Shown: in pieces, positions 48,149-60,713 of the stretch | How positions within the stretch are numbered: position 1 is the stretch's first letter | Layout of the letters: every line of letters starts with the position of its first letter | DNA from: Podarcis melisellensis | Lineage: Eukaryota | DNA: 64,000 bases | Direction: 5' to 3' (one strand) | Assembly (NCBI GenBank): GCA_964234715.1 | Contig: OZ174289.1 | The notes under the pieces: generated by a model | The model's input: only the letters and a program-made list of their open reading frames with translations | What the model was told of the DNA's origin: nothing | Databases searched by the model: none | Translations under genes and position numbers: made by a program

Positions 48149-50069
48149 TAATCCTATTGATGGACATTTTGAGCATCTTTGTGTTCAAGAGGTGGGAGAG
48201 TTGCTAATTATTTTAAATATAACACTAATGTTTCCACAACTTCCACAGCAGGCAGTATTTGGTGCTCCTTTTTAGTTTACTCAGAAGCATGTTTCGACTT
48301 CTAAGCCATGAGTCAGTTTCTGTGGTGCTCGGAGACTATTTCACATACATCTCGCTTCACAGAACTTTGCGCTGACATAGTCATTTGCAATAAAATATTG
48401 ACAGAAAGCTGCAGCAAGGCCAACTCCACAAAGGAGTCATTCTTGCTGCTTGGATAAATCCCTTCAGGATCAGAAATGGAGTAGTGGGGAGAGTCTCTGA
48501 AAACCAAGAAATCAAAACATATTTACATTACTGGAGTCTGCCCTGTTATTGTATGCTTCTTATAGTGGTGGGGTTGCCTCCGATACCAACTGAATACACT
48601 GGTGTGAAGGCATGGTATATCCACAAACATTTCAGCTGCTCGGGGAAAGAAGCAGATGAGATGCTTGGAGTTCCGAGTATGTGAGGGAAGGGAACCTTGT
48701 CAGTTGTCAGGGATTAAAACCTCTCTCACGCAGAGAGTAAGGGCAGGGGTGACTTTGTGGGGCAGACTGAGAAGACCAGGGAGAGAAAGGAAACTAAAAA
48801 CATTGGGAAGAGAGAAGGCAGGTGAAGGTGAAGACAATGCTCCGAGAAAAGCTAACTTCAGTGATGAGAGAGAAGGCAGTTTGCAAAAATAGACACTGAA
48901 AACAAGCACTAAACTAGAAATGTGCAAAGAGGGAGTATATATTGTGGATGAGAGTGGAGTGGCTAAGGGACAGGGTGGATGAAGGAAGTGTCACAGGACA
49001 GGTAATTGACTGAAGAGCACCAAACTGGTCACACATAAAACAATAGGAGTAAACAAGATTTGTTTCTACATCTACCACCTCCTCCTTTTCCTTTGGCTTT
49101 AGGACTTCATATGCCTTAGATGTTTCTCAAGAGACAGAGAAGTATGGAGGGATAAAGGATTACACAGCACGTCTGTCATTCCACTACTGCTGGCCCCCCA
49201 GGTGCCCACGTGGATATTCTTCTCTGTGCATGACATCTTTTATTTGATTTTAAAAGAGCTCTACATTTTTCAGCTAGGAAGGAATGTTGGAGCCACTTCT
49301 GAGCTGCAATCCGTCAGTCTGCATTTGCCATTTTAAAAAAGGAAAGAAAGAAAAGGGTGATTTATTTTTTAAATGCGTGCGCTCACAGACATACACACAT
49401 GGAGAGGGAGAGGGAGAGAGAGAGAATATCTCTGGCTTTCATGAACTGTTTTCTTCGTCAAATATTTGCAGATGCGTGTTCATTTATGAATGGGACAGAG
49501 ATATATTTAAAACATAATAGTAGGCTTGCATCAAGTTATATCTAATGCTAGGCCTACTGAGGCCCAGTGAAGTTAATGAACGTGCCTAACACAGCATTAT
49601 TAATCCTATTGGATCTACTCTCAGTAAAACTTGGTTGAATACAACCCCGTTATCTGTGATGTGAACATTATGCTGTTCATCAGAATACAGCAATATCTAC
49701 ATACCTACCTACCAGGTAGTTGGGGCCCATTGGGACTTGTAGGACAGAAAGCAGGGAGGTCATGGATGGGCAGAACCAGAGACAAAGGCAGCACCAACTC
49801 ATTCCAGTTTTGCCCTATCCTCCTCTCTGCAGAGTTCTACAAAGGGAACACTGAGGCTAAGGAGAAGGAAGCTGGCTGCCAGGAACAGCTCCTGAACTGG
49901 TTGTGCTAAGTATGCAGGCATTGTAGGCCAAAGCCAGGTTGTAAGTTAAGAAGGCAGGCAAGTGAGGGCAGCTACAATCTGTGGGCACTTCCCTGTTGTC
50001 TCTACTGGTCCACCCTCCATTTCTCACCAGCATCTGTCCTCAGCTATAATCTGAAACCATAATCTGCTT

Positions 50070-50414
50070 GGGATGCGGGTGGCGCTGTGGGTTAAACCAC
50101 AGAGCCTAGGACTTGCCGATCAGAAGGTCGGTGGTTCAAATCCCCGCGACGGGGTGAGCTCCCGTTGCTCAGTCCCAGCTCCTGCCCACCTAGCAGTTCA
50201 AAAGCACATAAAAGTGCAAGTAGATAAATAGGTACCGCTAAGGCGGGAAGGTAAACAGCGTTTCCGTGCGCTGCTCTGCTTCACCAGAAGCGGCTTAGTC
50301 ATGCTGGCCACATGACCTGGAAGCTGTACGCTGGCTCCCTTGGCCAATAAAGCGAGATGAGCGCCGCAATCCCAGAGTTGGCCACGACTGGACCTAATGG
50401 TCAGGAATCCTTTA
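50070..50414 (+). mobile_element. Sauria SINE (Squam1), full length
   Basis: GGGATGCGGGTGGCGCTGTGGGTTAAACC head; GACCTAATGGTC 3' stem; imperfect TSD ATAATCTGCTT / ATCATCTGCCT. Confidence 0.92.
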
Positions 50415-50870
50415 TCATCTGCCTATGAACATGTTGGCTTCTTCTAGTTCTTTATTGGTGTCAAACATCATCTCATCCCCCACCCCAAAGTTTTTTATTA
50501 TTATTAGAAGATGCACTGCCAAATTACTCGGCTTCTTCCCCACTCAATAAAAGATGTTTATGACCCTGTAAATTCCAGCATATCAGAAGCTTATTATGTA
50601 GAGAGGAAAAGGTCATTGGGGGGGGGGGGTGGAGCGGCAAAGGGGAGGGAGGGAGGAGGTGTAATTCTGTTGGAAGTTTCTGGCTCTGATACTTACAGGT
50701 CAAGTTGGCTCAAGGGGGAATATCTTTTGGAAGTATCTTGATAAAGGCTCGTAATGGGAAAATGTGCCAGCAATACTGAGTTTGTTTCATCAGATAAATA
50801 TTTAATATAGATGACTGGAGATGAATGAAACGAGCACAGAAAAAGAGGTGTGTCCCATGGGTGATATATA

Positions 50871-51120
50871 CAGTAGAACATCTACTTACAACTGCCTCCA
50901 CTCGCGGACGTTCCAAGTTGTGACCATGGCAAACCTAGAAGTAACCAGTGGGTTTGCCACCATTCACTCATGCGCAGGAGTGGCGATTGTCGTTTGCGCA
51001 AGCGCAGGAGCGGGCAATCACTGTCCGCACCTGCGCAAAACGGCGCCTCTCCCAGCGACCTTGTTTGCCATAAGGACGGGCCTCCGGAACGGATTGTGGT
51101 CGCGAGTAGAGGTTTCACTC
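50871..51120. mobile_element. Tc1/mariner-superfamily MITE variant
   Basis: TA-CAGTAGAACATCTACT ... AGTAGAGGTTTCACTC-TA; shares the subterminal CCTCCGGAACG motif with the other copies. Confidence 0.75.
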
Positions 51121-51414
51121 TAATAACTTATAGAGTCACAGACCCTTCTAGTCCAGCATCCTGTCATCACAGTGGCCAACCAGATGCCCAAATGAGAAGC
51201 CTACAAGCAGAAGCTGAGCACGAAAGCACTCCTGCAATTCCCACAACTGCTATTCAGAGCCATGCTGCCTCTGCAGTGTCATTGTGCCATGCCAATAGTG
51301 TGTGTATAGACAATCTACAGCTATCACTCTGAGCTTTATTCCGGAGGCTTAAATGAGAGAAAGGGAAGCAGGTCACTCCAAGTAGAAGGGATTTCTGAGT
51401 TTGTGCCCCTGCAT

Positions 51415-52040
51415 TTATTTATTTATAAAAGTATTTCTATATGGCCATATCATTAAAAAATCAGGGTGGTATACAACGTTAAAACATAAAAAATCATTAA
51501 AATAACATGCAGACAATCATAATTGTGAGTGATTAATTTAAAAAGTTAAACAACTGCAAAGGCTTGTCAGCATAAAAGAGCCTTCAAGAGACTCTGGAAC
51601 GCAAAAGCAAAGGTGTCTGCTGAATCTCTCTCCTAGGAGAGTTTTCCCAAAGCATGCAACTGGTGACTCAAAATGCTCAACTACTAGCTGAGGCCAGCCA
51701 GGCTTCTGTAACATGGGAGACAACTAACAGCACTCTTCTGGATGATCTCTGACATTGTGCTGGGATGAAGGGCTCAGGTGCTCTTCAATGTACCTGGTTC
51801 AGGGCTTTGTTTTTCAACACAAAAACCCTGAGCCTGGCTGATGGCATATGGGTAACCAGTTGAAGGCTCTGAGATTACATCCGTAAGCTCCTTTAGAACC
51901 ATTGGATGTAACCCCATTCAGAGTAGACCACACCCCATCCATCTGGCCTCAGCCTTGTCTGGATCAAGCAGCAGTTTATTGGCTCTTGTCCAGTACAAAT
52001 GTGCCAACGATCCCCAAAATGTTGACAACCCTGATCCAGG
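51415..52040 (-). mobile_element. Old L2-like 3' fragment
   Basis: TTTATTTATTT tail on + followed by decayed L2 C-terminal similarity. Confidence 0.45.
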
Positions 52041-53848
52041 GGATACTTGGTGCTGCTTCTTTTAATCTTACAGCAGGTAGAAAGTGAAAAGAGGGGTTCT
52101 AATAAGTTCAAGGTGCAGGTGGGGATGAAACACTAAATGGCATAAGAAGATAAGTTAGTCAGAGGGCTTTGGCATAGTAGATGAGTGAGCAACTGCACAT
52201 GTCTCGTTGTTCAGCAAACCCGTAGGCTTTAAATACAGGAAGCAGCTGCCCTTCCATGGTGGGAGGAGAATGATGGCACTGAGACATGAAACCAGTGTAG
52301 AACAAAACAGCAGAATCCTGTGATCTGCTGTGTGGGTTTATGAGGCCTTGGATCTGGTGAAAGCATTATGGCACCACTGCAGTATCACCACTTCAAGGAG
52401 GGTCATGCGAAACCCACAGGAGGAATCATTCTTTCTATTTTGCACTCTTCAGGCTGTGAGTGATGTTATTTATGTAACCAAAATGTCACCACCAATGTCA
52501 TCAGTGGTGGTGGTATCTGCAAGTTAAACAAGGATCCACTCTTGAAGTCCACATGATTGACGTTCCTTAACACGCACACAGCCTTGCACACAGAAACCTA
52601 GCATATTGGGGAGGAGGGTGTTAGCTTTCCATGTGACCGAGTAGGCGTGTCTGTAGTTTTGTGAAGGAGCATGTTGTTCAGGGCATCATTCTTCATATCA
52701 TCAATGAGCTGGAGGGGCAGGCAGCCTCAGATGAGGTGAGGAGGTTGTGTGATTGGGCACTGAGCAATGAAGTAAGAGGTTCCCAGGCTCTTCAATGGCA
52801 AGGCTTTATGTTCTAAATTACTGTTTTAAAGTACCAGCCATGGAGGGTAGTAGATTATAAAAACGGTGTTTGCCAGTACAGTCAGTTAAAATATATAGCT
52901 GATTGAAAGTCTTTTGTTTATAATAAACTGGGTTCCTCGTTATAGCTTTGCAGGGTTAGGCTAACGAGGGGACCTTATTTAGATTTCCTGTATTTTATTT
53001 TTATTTTACGTTTTAATTCTCTGCTGTGGCTTCTCCCTGTCTTCCTCCAAAGGGAAATATGCACAAGCAAATAAGCAAAGCAAAACATTATGTCAATTCA
53101 GAACTCTCAGTTGGCCACCCTGGAGGTCGTTGACAACTCTGGATGATGAGGATTAAAATTCTTATTTACACTGTCATACTTCTTTGTTCAAAATCAGATG
53201 TCCCCACTAAAGTATCAAGGATTGGATCCCAACTTAAGGCTGCATTCCAACAGTGCATTATTCTGTTTTCCTGACATTTCCACGTTTTATGTGATCTTTC
53301 ACACAACGTAAAAGCCACTGTCTAGTGGAAGTGCTCTTTTCCATGTTGTTTCCAGAGGGGAAAAAATGCATTTGCAACGCAGAAAATAATGGGAGTTTTG
53401 TATTGTAACTTCATGTGATGAAATATGGACTGGTATCCTGGCATACAGTTCTTTCCCACCATTCAAAATTTAGTGTGGCATGGTAGTATATTGATTTAAA
53501 AAGCCAGTTTCATAATGCAACAGGTACTGCAGCATTAAAAGCAACAACATTAGAAACTGGGGCAGAAGTGTTAGCTTTATTAGTAAAACTAATAACCAGG
53601 GGAATGAAGATATTCCTGAGCTTGGCTTAGTGTTGCATGCAAATGAGGCAAGTGGGAGCCAGAGAGCATTGAAGCATTTCCACTACCTCCCTTGCAAGGA
53701 ACAAATCCTACATTCTGAAACAGTCAGGTGGGGTAGGTCACTTGACATAGCACAATCCTTCATAACAGCCATGAGATTGTGAAACTCACTGCTATGGAGA
53801 TGTGACCTAGACTCCCACATAATTAGAATTTGGGTGAGGAAGTAAATA

Positions 53849-54214
53849 AAAAGGTAAAGGTACCCCTGACCGTTAGGTCCGATCGTGGATGACTCTGGGG
53901 TTGTGGCACTCGTTTCACTTTACTGGCCGAGGGAGCTGGCGTTTGTCCTCAGACAGTTTTTTCTGGGTCATGTGGCTAGCATGACTAAGCTGCTCCTGGC
54001 AAAACCAGAGCAGCGCATGGAAACACCGTTTACCTTCCTGCTGGAGTGCTACCTATTTATCTACTTGCACTTTGACGTGCTTTCAATCTGCTAGGTGGGC
54101 AGGAGCTGGGACCAAACAACGGGAGCTCACACCGTCATGGGGATTTGAACCGCAACCTTCTGATTGGCAAGCCCTAGACTCTGTGGTTTAGACCACAGTG
54201 CCACCCACGTCCCT
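53849..54214 (-). mobile_element. Sauria SINE (Squam1), full length
   Basis: 14-bp TSD TGAGGAAGTAAATA at 53835-53848 and 54215-54228. Confidence 0.92.
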
Positions 54215-57200
54215 TGAGGAAGTAAATACCAGTACACAAATGATGAAGGGAAAGGACCCACAAAATCCACCCATTGACCCCTATTTTAGCCAAATCATGA
54301 TCTTCATAGTCGGGGTGGGGGGTGGGGGGGAGAATGTGTGGTAAGAATGTACTTCTGACTTGGACATTGTCGCCAGCTTTGATCTGAGTGAACAGGGTTG
54401 TTCTTTATCAAATACAAGGCAGTCAGAGCAACTGCTGACATCAGCTGCAGTGCTAGAAATCGTAACTTTAAGAACTTGTGCTGAGCTTGCTTTTCCCTCT
54501 TCTGTCCTCCTCTTTCTTCCTTGTGTGTCATGTCTTTTTTGATTGTGAGCCTGAAGGCAGAGATCATCTCCAGCACTAGATTTTGTAAGCTGCATTGAGA
54601 CCCTTTTTACTAAAGAGAGGGGTGTAAATATGGTAAAATAATAATAAATGAAACTGTAGCTAAATGCAGCCAGTATTGCTCTGCTCCCTTTTAATTAGGG
54701 CAAATATGCTGCTATGTCAAAGCACCCTCTGATTACCATGGAATTAAGCCCCACTGAGTTCAGTGAGACTTACTCCCCAGTAAATGTGCCTAGGCTTTCA
54801 GCCTTAGTGATTTATTTCTGTTTTAGAGGTCTCTGCTGCTGTTTCTGTTGCTGCCACTGCGGCAGTTTTCTCATTATTTGTGGCCTTATTGGTTTCTGTT
54901 TATTTATTTTTTATACGAGTTGTCATATTGCCAATTGATTGTGCTTTAAAATTGTTTTATATCAATGATAGCCACCTTGTAGACCCCTTGTGGGTACTGG
55001 CACGGGGGGGGGGGGATATAAATGATTTAAAAGAATAAGTAAGTTGAATGCAGAGACCACACATAAGCTTTGCTTTAAGGCACAAAACCAAGTGCAGTGT
55101 CAGAATGTATCTGGCGTATTAGGGATCACCAACATGGTTCCCACAAGCACCAGTACACCTACTAGTACCTGCTACGGTACTCCTGAAAGGACTCACTTTG
55201 TCATACCTATCTCAGATTCACTTAAGAATGTTGTGGAAAAATTTTACATCTGATGCCAAAAATGCAGCAGGAGGAGGTGGAGGTGATGGTTGTTATTTTG
55301 TGGAGAGAAGGAGGAGAGAACAAGGGGATGAGATGAAAGTTTTGGAAATGCTGATCAGGTAGTAAATGGCTTCTAAGAGGAGATAGGTTTGGCGTGACCT
55401 TCAGCCAGCTCTTAGTAAGTGGATTATTCCAGCTCTGTATTAAAAAAAGGAAAGAAAGAAATGGGGGGGGGGAGGAGGAGGACGAAAAAACAACCAAACA
55501 AGCGTGACATTGACTCTAGTGTTGTCTGCTCAGACAGCCTGGCCTCCTTTTATGAGTCAGACCTAATTATTTGCTGCTGAGATGATTTTATTGTGCAAGT
55601 AAAGTAAGGCAAGAGAAATCACCTGTCAGGAAGATGGCCCAGAGCCAGAATGGGATCAGACCACTAGAAGTTAGGAGCTGCTCCATCTTCTTCCCTGCTC
55701 CAGCTGCTGCTCAGTGATGCTGTTAGGGCAGGACTCTGTGGCAGAAGACCAGGGCCCCACTCAGCAGCATGAGCAGAAGATGCCCCAAGCAGAGAAGGCT
55801 TGCTACATTTTGCAGGGCAGGACTGTCCCCTTGATGTTCATAGGCATGCCAGAAGCATCTGGATTGGCAATGCGGGAGGCAGAGTGCTGGGCTAGATTAA
55901 CATTTGGGTCTTATTCAGGAGAGGTCTTTTTATGTCCCTGAGTGATAAGCCTGCCTGGAATGGGATGCCGTGTAGCAAATTTCCTACAGGATTTCCTGCA
56001 TAAGCAGAAGGTTAGGCTAGGTGGCCTTTGAGTTAATTTCCAACTCAGTGATTCTACTGATAGCTAAATTGTTTAAATTCAAGCCACACTTCATGTCTAA
56101 CAGACACACATCCAGGAAACCTGGCCAGCAAGTCCCTGACCTTTCTAAGTCTTTGGTCCCATTTAGATTTTTGAATAAGTCTCTTAGGTCACTTCTCCAT
56201 TTGAGTTCCCATTCTCTACGCCAGATCAGCAGCACAAACAGAAAGAGAGAAAGCGCACACCCACACACCCACCACCCTTCACCTCATTTTCCCATGGGAT
56301 CTGGGTAAACGTTGGATCCAGCCAAATTAATCTGAGCCTTGAAAAGCACATAAGGCTGAAAGAGGAAGTAGGGAAGGGTGTTGCTCTTCCATCTTCCTCC
56401 TCCAGCTCTATGTACTTCTTAAGGGAGAAAAAGGAAACAATGACAAGTGGGGCAGTGAGTGAGTTGAGTGCATTGTGTTCGTAGGCAGGCTCAGATACTT
56501 CATATATGCTTGGAGAAGTTCTCAAGGACACCGTTCTGTCCAAAGGCACCACACTGGCATTCCTTTGTATGGGCTACATGCCCAATTTTCACAATGTTCT
56601 ACATGGAAGTGGCTTTTCAAGTAGGGCATTTTGTTCTGTGCAAAGGACTCCCTCCAACCCTTCAGGCTTCCTCATTGTCAGCCTGATTTCTCCTGGTTGC
56701 TTCAGAAGCTGGAAGAAAGAAATCCAGCCACTGCAGTGTTAAATGCAGTAAATCACGCAAGTAGGAGGCTGACCCAGCAGCAAAGGAGGCAATGCTAGGA
56801 ATAGAAAAACATTGACGTGAGCATGTGTCGAAAAAGCCACCGGCTGACAGATCAGGCTGTGGGTGGCACAGAGCAGATGGTACCTCTTGGGTGATGCTGG
56901 GGAAGCTGAATAATAAGCAGGGAGGGGTAGCAATGGGGGCCACGATGCCATTCTTCTTAACCCACCTAACTCAACTCAGTAGCAAAAGACAGCCCCCCAG
57001 CCCCCCCCCCCGAAGAGCTTGTAGTCAAAGATTTGGCTTCAGCCTAGTTTTCCTGGGGTTTGCATACTCCAGTTCTGAATTTTTCTTTCAACACACTTCA
57101 GATTTTTCTTCAATTGTTGTGTTTAATTCCTTTATTTTTTGTGGTATCAAGCAGCAACCCCCAAGGTTTCATGCTGATCTAATTTCTTTCCCCCTTCATG

Positions 57201-57715
57201 CCCTCTGGCCTGTGCGGTGGTTGGAAGATTGAGTATTTAATTTTCTCTGACGGCCTCTCCTTCGTGGACTCGTCACTTATGTTAGATGCTCCCGTGCCCT
57301 TGGAGTCTCCTGTTCCCCAGAGGGCAAACTCCATGCCCCCCAGGCTTTGAACTTTATCCTTCCTCTGCAGCATTTCCCTCCAGTTCTCTGTCCCCTTGAG
57401 GGAGCATATTGCTAATGAGCATCCCAACGGTCCCTGGTGGCACCCACCATTCCCCCCTGTTCTTCTTAAAAACCTGTGCAGGCTTTATTGTGTGCTCATT
57501 AGTGTGGCAGTGCCTTGGGGCAAAGTATACATTGCCTTTTGCTGTGACAAGAAACAAGGTCAAATTCTTGCAACTTCTCTTCTCCTCAGGCAGGCAAGCA
57601 GTCCCAGGTGGCTCCAGAAACCAATGTGTAGATGCTTCCCCCACCCCAGATATTAAAGCTGAGAGGCCCATAACTCTACTCCCTCCAATCCAACACTGAT
57701 AAGGATTGTCAGTGC

Positions 57716-57800
57716 AGAGGAGCCATAGCTTAGTGCTTAGAAAATATGTTTTGCATGAAGAAGACCCCAGTTAAATTCCTGACATTTCTAGCTAGGGCTG
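57716..57800 (+). mobile_element. Squam3-type SINE 5' fragment
   Basis: GAGCCATAGCTTAGTG...TTTGCATGAAGAAGACCCCAG. Confidence 0.6.
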
Positions 57801-57801
57801 C

Positions 57802-58312
57802 CATAGAATTGTTGAGTTGAAAGGAACCCCAAGAGTCATCTAGCCAAACCTCTCTCAGTCTTCTGTTCTCTAGGCTAGGTAAGGTAAAGGTAAAGGTACC
57901 CCTGCCCGTACGGGCCAGTCATGACTGACTCTGGGGTTGTGCGCCCATCTCACTTAAGAGGCCGGGGGCCAGCGCTGTCCGGAGACACTTCCGGGTCATG
58001 TGGCCAGCGTGACAAAGCTGCTCTGGTGAGCCAGCACCAGTGCAGCACCAGGAAACGCTGTTTACCTTCCCGCTATAAAGCAGTACCTATTTATCTACTT
58101 GCACTTAAGGGTGCTTTCAAACTGCTAGGTGGGCAGGAGCTGGGCTCCTCTCCAGGCTAAGCACACCCAACTCCCTCAACTGTTCCCCATAAGGCTTGGC
58201 TGCCAGACTCTTAATCATTTTGTCAATACCCTTCTTAAACCATGGTGCCCTGAACTGAACACAGTATCCCTGGTGGGGTTTGACTAAGGCAGAATAGAGT
58301 GGCAGTATTACT
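57802..58312 (-). mobile_element. CR1 3' fragments interrupted by a Sauria SINE
   Basis: CATAGAAT tail, GTCATCTAG, and similarity to 27460-27665. Confidence 0.65.
57878..58144 (-). mobile_element. Sauria SINE, 5'-truncated, GCCCGTACGGGC subfamily
   Basis: (AAGGTA)n tail on +; flanked by TCTCTAGGCTA / TCTCCAGGCTA. Confidence 0.88.
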
Positions 58313-58842
58313 TAACAGAGGAGTAGTATTACCCTGATTATTCATATTGCCCAGTACTCCAGTAATGGGAAGCCTGTGGCCCGCCAGAAATTATTCAGCT
58401 CCAACTCCCATCATCCATGCACATTTGGGGCTGATGGGAGTTGGAGTTGAGCAACGTTTGGAGGGTTGCAGGTTTCATGCCTCTGATTCAAAGGGTGAGC
58501 ATGAACAACAAGGACCTGTCTATTAGCATGGTTGGGACCAATGGCCAATTTAACCCTCCACTCCCAGAACCATCTTCCTAGATACTACTGAGTATCTACT
58601 GAGTAGAATCATGCCTAACTAAGCCTGTTGCTGGCACTGCTGTCTGGGAAAGTCCTTTCACTTAAGGGTTACCAGGATGTACCTCGTGAGTGCAGCAGGG
58701 TGGGCCTGAGCAGCATGGCAGTTATCAAATTCTTAGCTTTTCTGGATGTTGTCGGTGAAACCCCTTCTTGGACCACCCCTTGTCTATCTTTTGTAACCTG
58801 TCTGGATTACCATTTTCTTGACTCAGCAACCTTTCCCTAGAG

Positions 58843-59136
58843 CAAGGAAGGGAAATCTCATACCTGATGGAGTGGAACAGATCCACCCTCTGGGACTCAC
58901 TGTCCGGCCCCTGGGGCTTCCTCCATGCGACGCGCCTCACCAACCCTGCTTCATACGGACAGATATGGATGTGTGAGTGTAGAAGGTAGCTTACTGTGAA
59001 AAAGGTAAAAGTTGCATTATTTGGCTTCCCATTCTTTTGCCTCTGCCTCTGCCCCCACCCATCCCTGGCATGTCTCCGCTGGAAGCTTGCCAAGTAGGGA
59101 ATGTGGCCCTCAGGCTGGAAAATCTTCCCTACCCTG
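58843..59136. mobile_element. hAT-like MITE (about 300 bp)
   Basis: Imperfect TIRs CAAGGAAGGGAA / TTCCCTACCCTG; flanks CCCTAGAG / ACCTAGAA. Related degraded copies at about 2840-3110, 20820-21185 and 45440-45800. Confidence 0.5.
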
Positions 59137-59212
59137 AACCTAGAACTAAATCCAAACCACACAGTTCCAGTATCAGTGGAAATGGGCAACCCAGCCATGA
59201 TGCATTATAAAC

Positions 59213-59362
59213 ATTCATAGAACTACAGCACTGTAGAGTTGGAAGGCGCCAGAGGGTCATCTAGTCCAGCACCCTGCAATGCGGCAATATGCAGCTGTCC
59301 CATATGGGGATCAAACCTGTGACCTTGGTTTTATCAGCACCTTACTCATCTAACTGAGCTGT
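59213..59362 (-). mobile_element. Short tRNA-derived SINE with CR1-type tail
   Basis: Minus strand: CAGCTCAGTTAG...GGTGCTGATAAAACCAAGGTCACAGGTTTGATCCCC (tRNA-Ile-like), then GGACTAGATGACC...CCTTCCAACTCTAC...TTCTATG. Confidence 0.7.
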
Positions 59363-59394
59363 AGTGGGGAGGACGTAGTGGGGAGATCATACAT

Positions 59395-59716
59395 GACAGA
59401 TGGCCATCCAACCTCTGCTTAAAAACCTCCAAGGAAGGAGAGTCCATCAACTCTCATGGGAGACCCGTTACACTTTCAAAGAGCTATTACCATCAGAATG
59501 TTCTTCCTGAAGTTTGTTCAGAATCTGCTATCTTGTAACTTGAATTCTTTGGTTTGAGTCCCACCCTTCAAAGCAAGAGAAAACGAGCTTGCTCCATATT
59601 CCATGGGAGAGCCCTTAAGATATTTGAAGATGACTATCATATCTCCTCTCAGTCTCCTCTTTTCCAGGTTAAATATACACAATTCCCTCAACCATTCCTC
59701 ATAAGGCTTTGTTTCC
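59395..59716 (-). mobile_element. CR1 ORF2 C-terminal fragment
   Basis: METKPYEEWLRELCIFNLEKRRLRGDMIVIFKYLKG. Confidence 0.88.
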
Positions 59717-60073
59717 ATTCATTACCCTTTCCCACCTCCCATGTAATAATATAAGGAATCAGCAGCTATCCAGTTTTAACTTGGATCCTTGTGGCTGTTT
59801 TGTTCCTTTTTTGAGTTCCAGGTGTTCCTGACCATCTTGCTGGAGTACGAATCAATGCTAAGGTGGGATAGTTTCTGGAAACTCCCCATGAAACCTAATT
59901 GCTTCCCCAAACTCCTGCTTCCTTGTTGTTGCACTTATTTCTGGGCATGCTGACAAAGCAAAACAGTGAAATATTTGCCATGTCACAATCAATTTGCATT
60001 TACTTGCTGTGGCAGCATATTTTTTATTTGTAGTCAGGTTTCCCTTGCCATCCACAGCAAATGCCCAACCTTA

Positions 60074-60713
60074 GGGAAAGGGTTGTAGCTCATGTGTTGG
60101 GCAACCTGCTTTGCATGCAGAAGGTCCCAGGTTCAGCATCACTGAGCAAGATTCAACCAGTGTGCCGTGGCACCATGGGGTACCTTGAAAGATGGTCATG
60201 GGTGCTGTGGGAAACACTGGCCTGTCCCTCTTTCCTTCCCTCCTTCTTCTGATGCCCTCTCATGTCTCTGCCTCCAAAAGGCTCGCACAGCTGTTTTTTG
60301 CAGCAGCCCTGGCTACAAGCTCCACAGGCAAACGGTACCTCTGCAGCTGGCCAGGGGGTGCTGGTTGCCAGGAGCTGAGGCGGCCTCAGAGTAAGCAAGC
60401 AAGCAAGCGGGTGAGGGAGCCCAGCCTGCCAATCCCCTAGCCCTTGCTGCTGGGAATGGACAGACAAGTCCAGGGGTAGCAGCAGCAGCTACCCGGAGGA
60501 CTCCCAAGGAGAGGAAGCTGAGTGGGTGTTCAAAAAAGGGTGAGGGGCTGCCAGCTCTGCAGGCAAGGGATGACATAACTGGGCTCCTGAGCCCCACAGG
60601 GGAGCTGCAGAAAAAATGTAGTTGGTCAAGGGAGCTGTGGACTCAAAAAGGTCTAAAGCTTCTGCTCTAGATGGACAGAAGGTATGGCTCGGTAAAATGT
60701 ATTTCCCTATGTT
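60074..60713 (+). mobile_element. Squam3-type SINE ends flanking a hAT-like insert (about 60145-60665)
   Basis: SINE head at 60074-60135 and SINE tail CTAGATGGAC...CCTATGTT at 60668-60713; GC-rich transposon-like interior. Confidence 0.55.
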
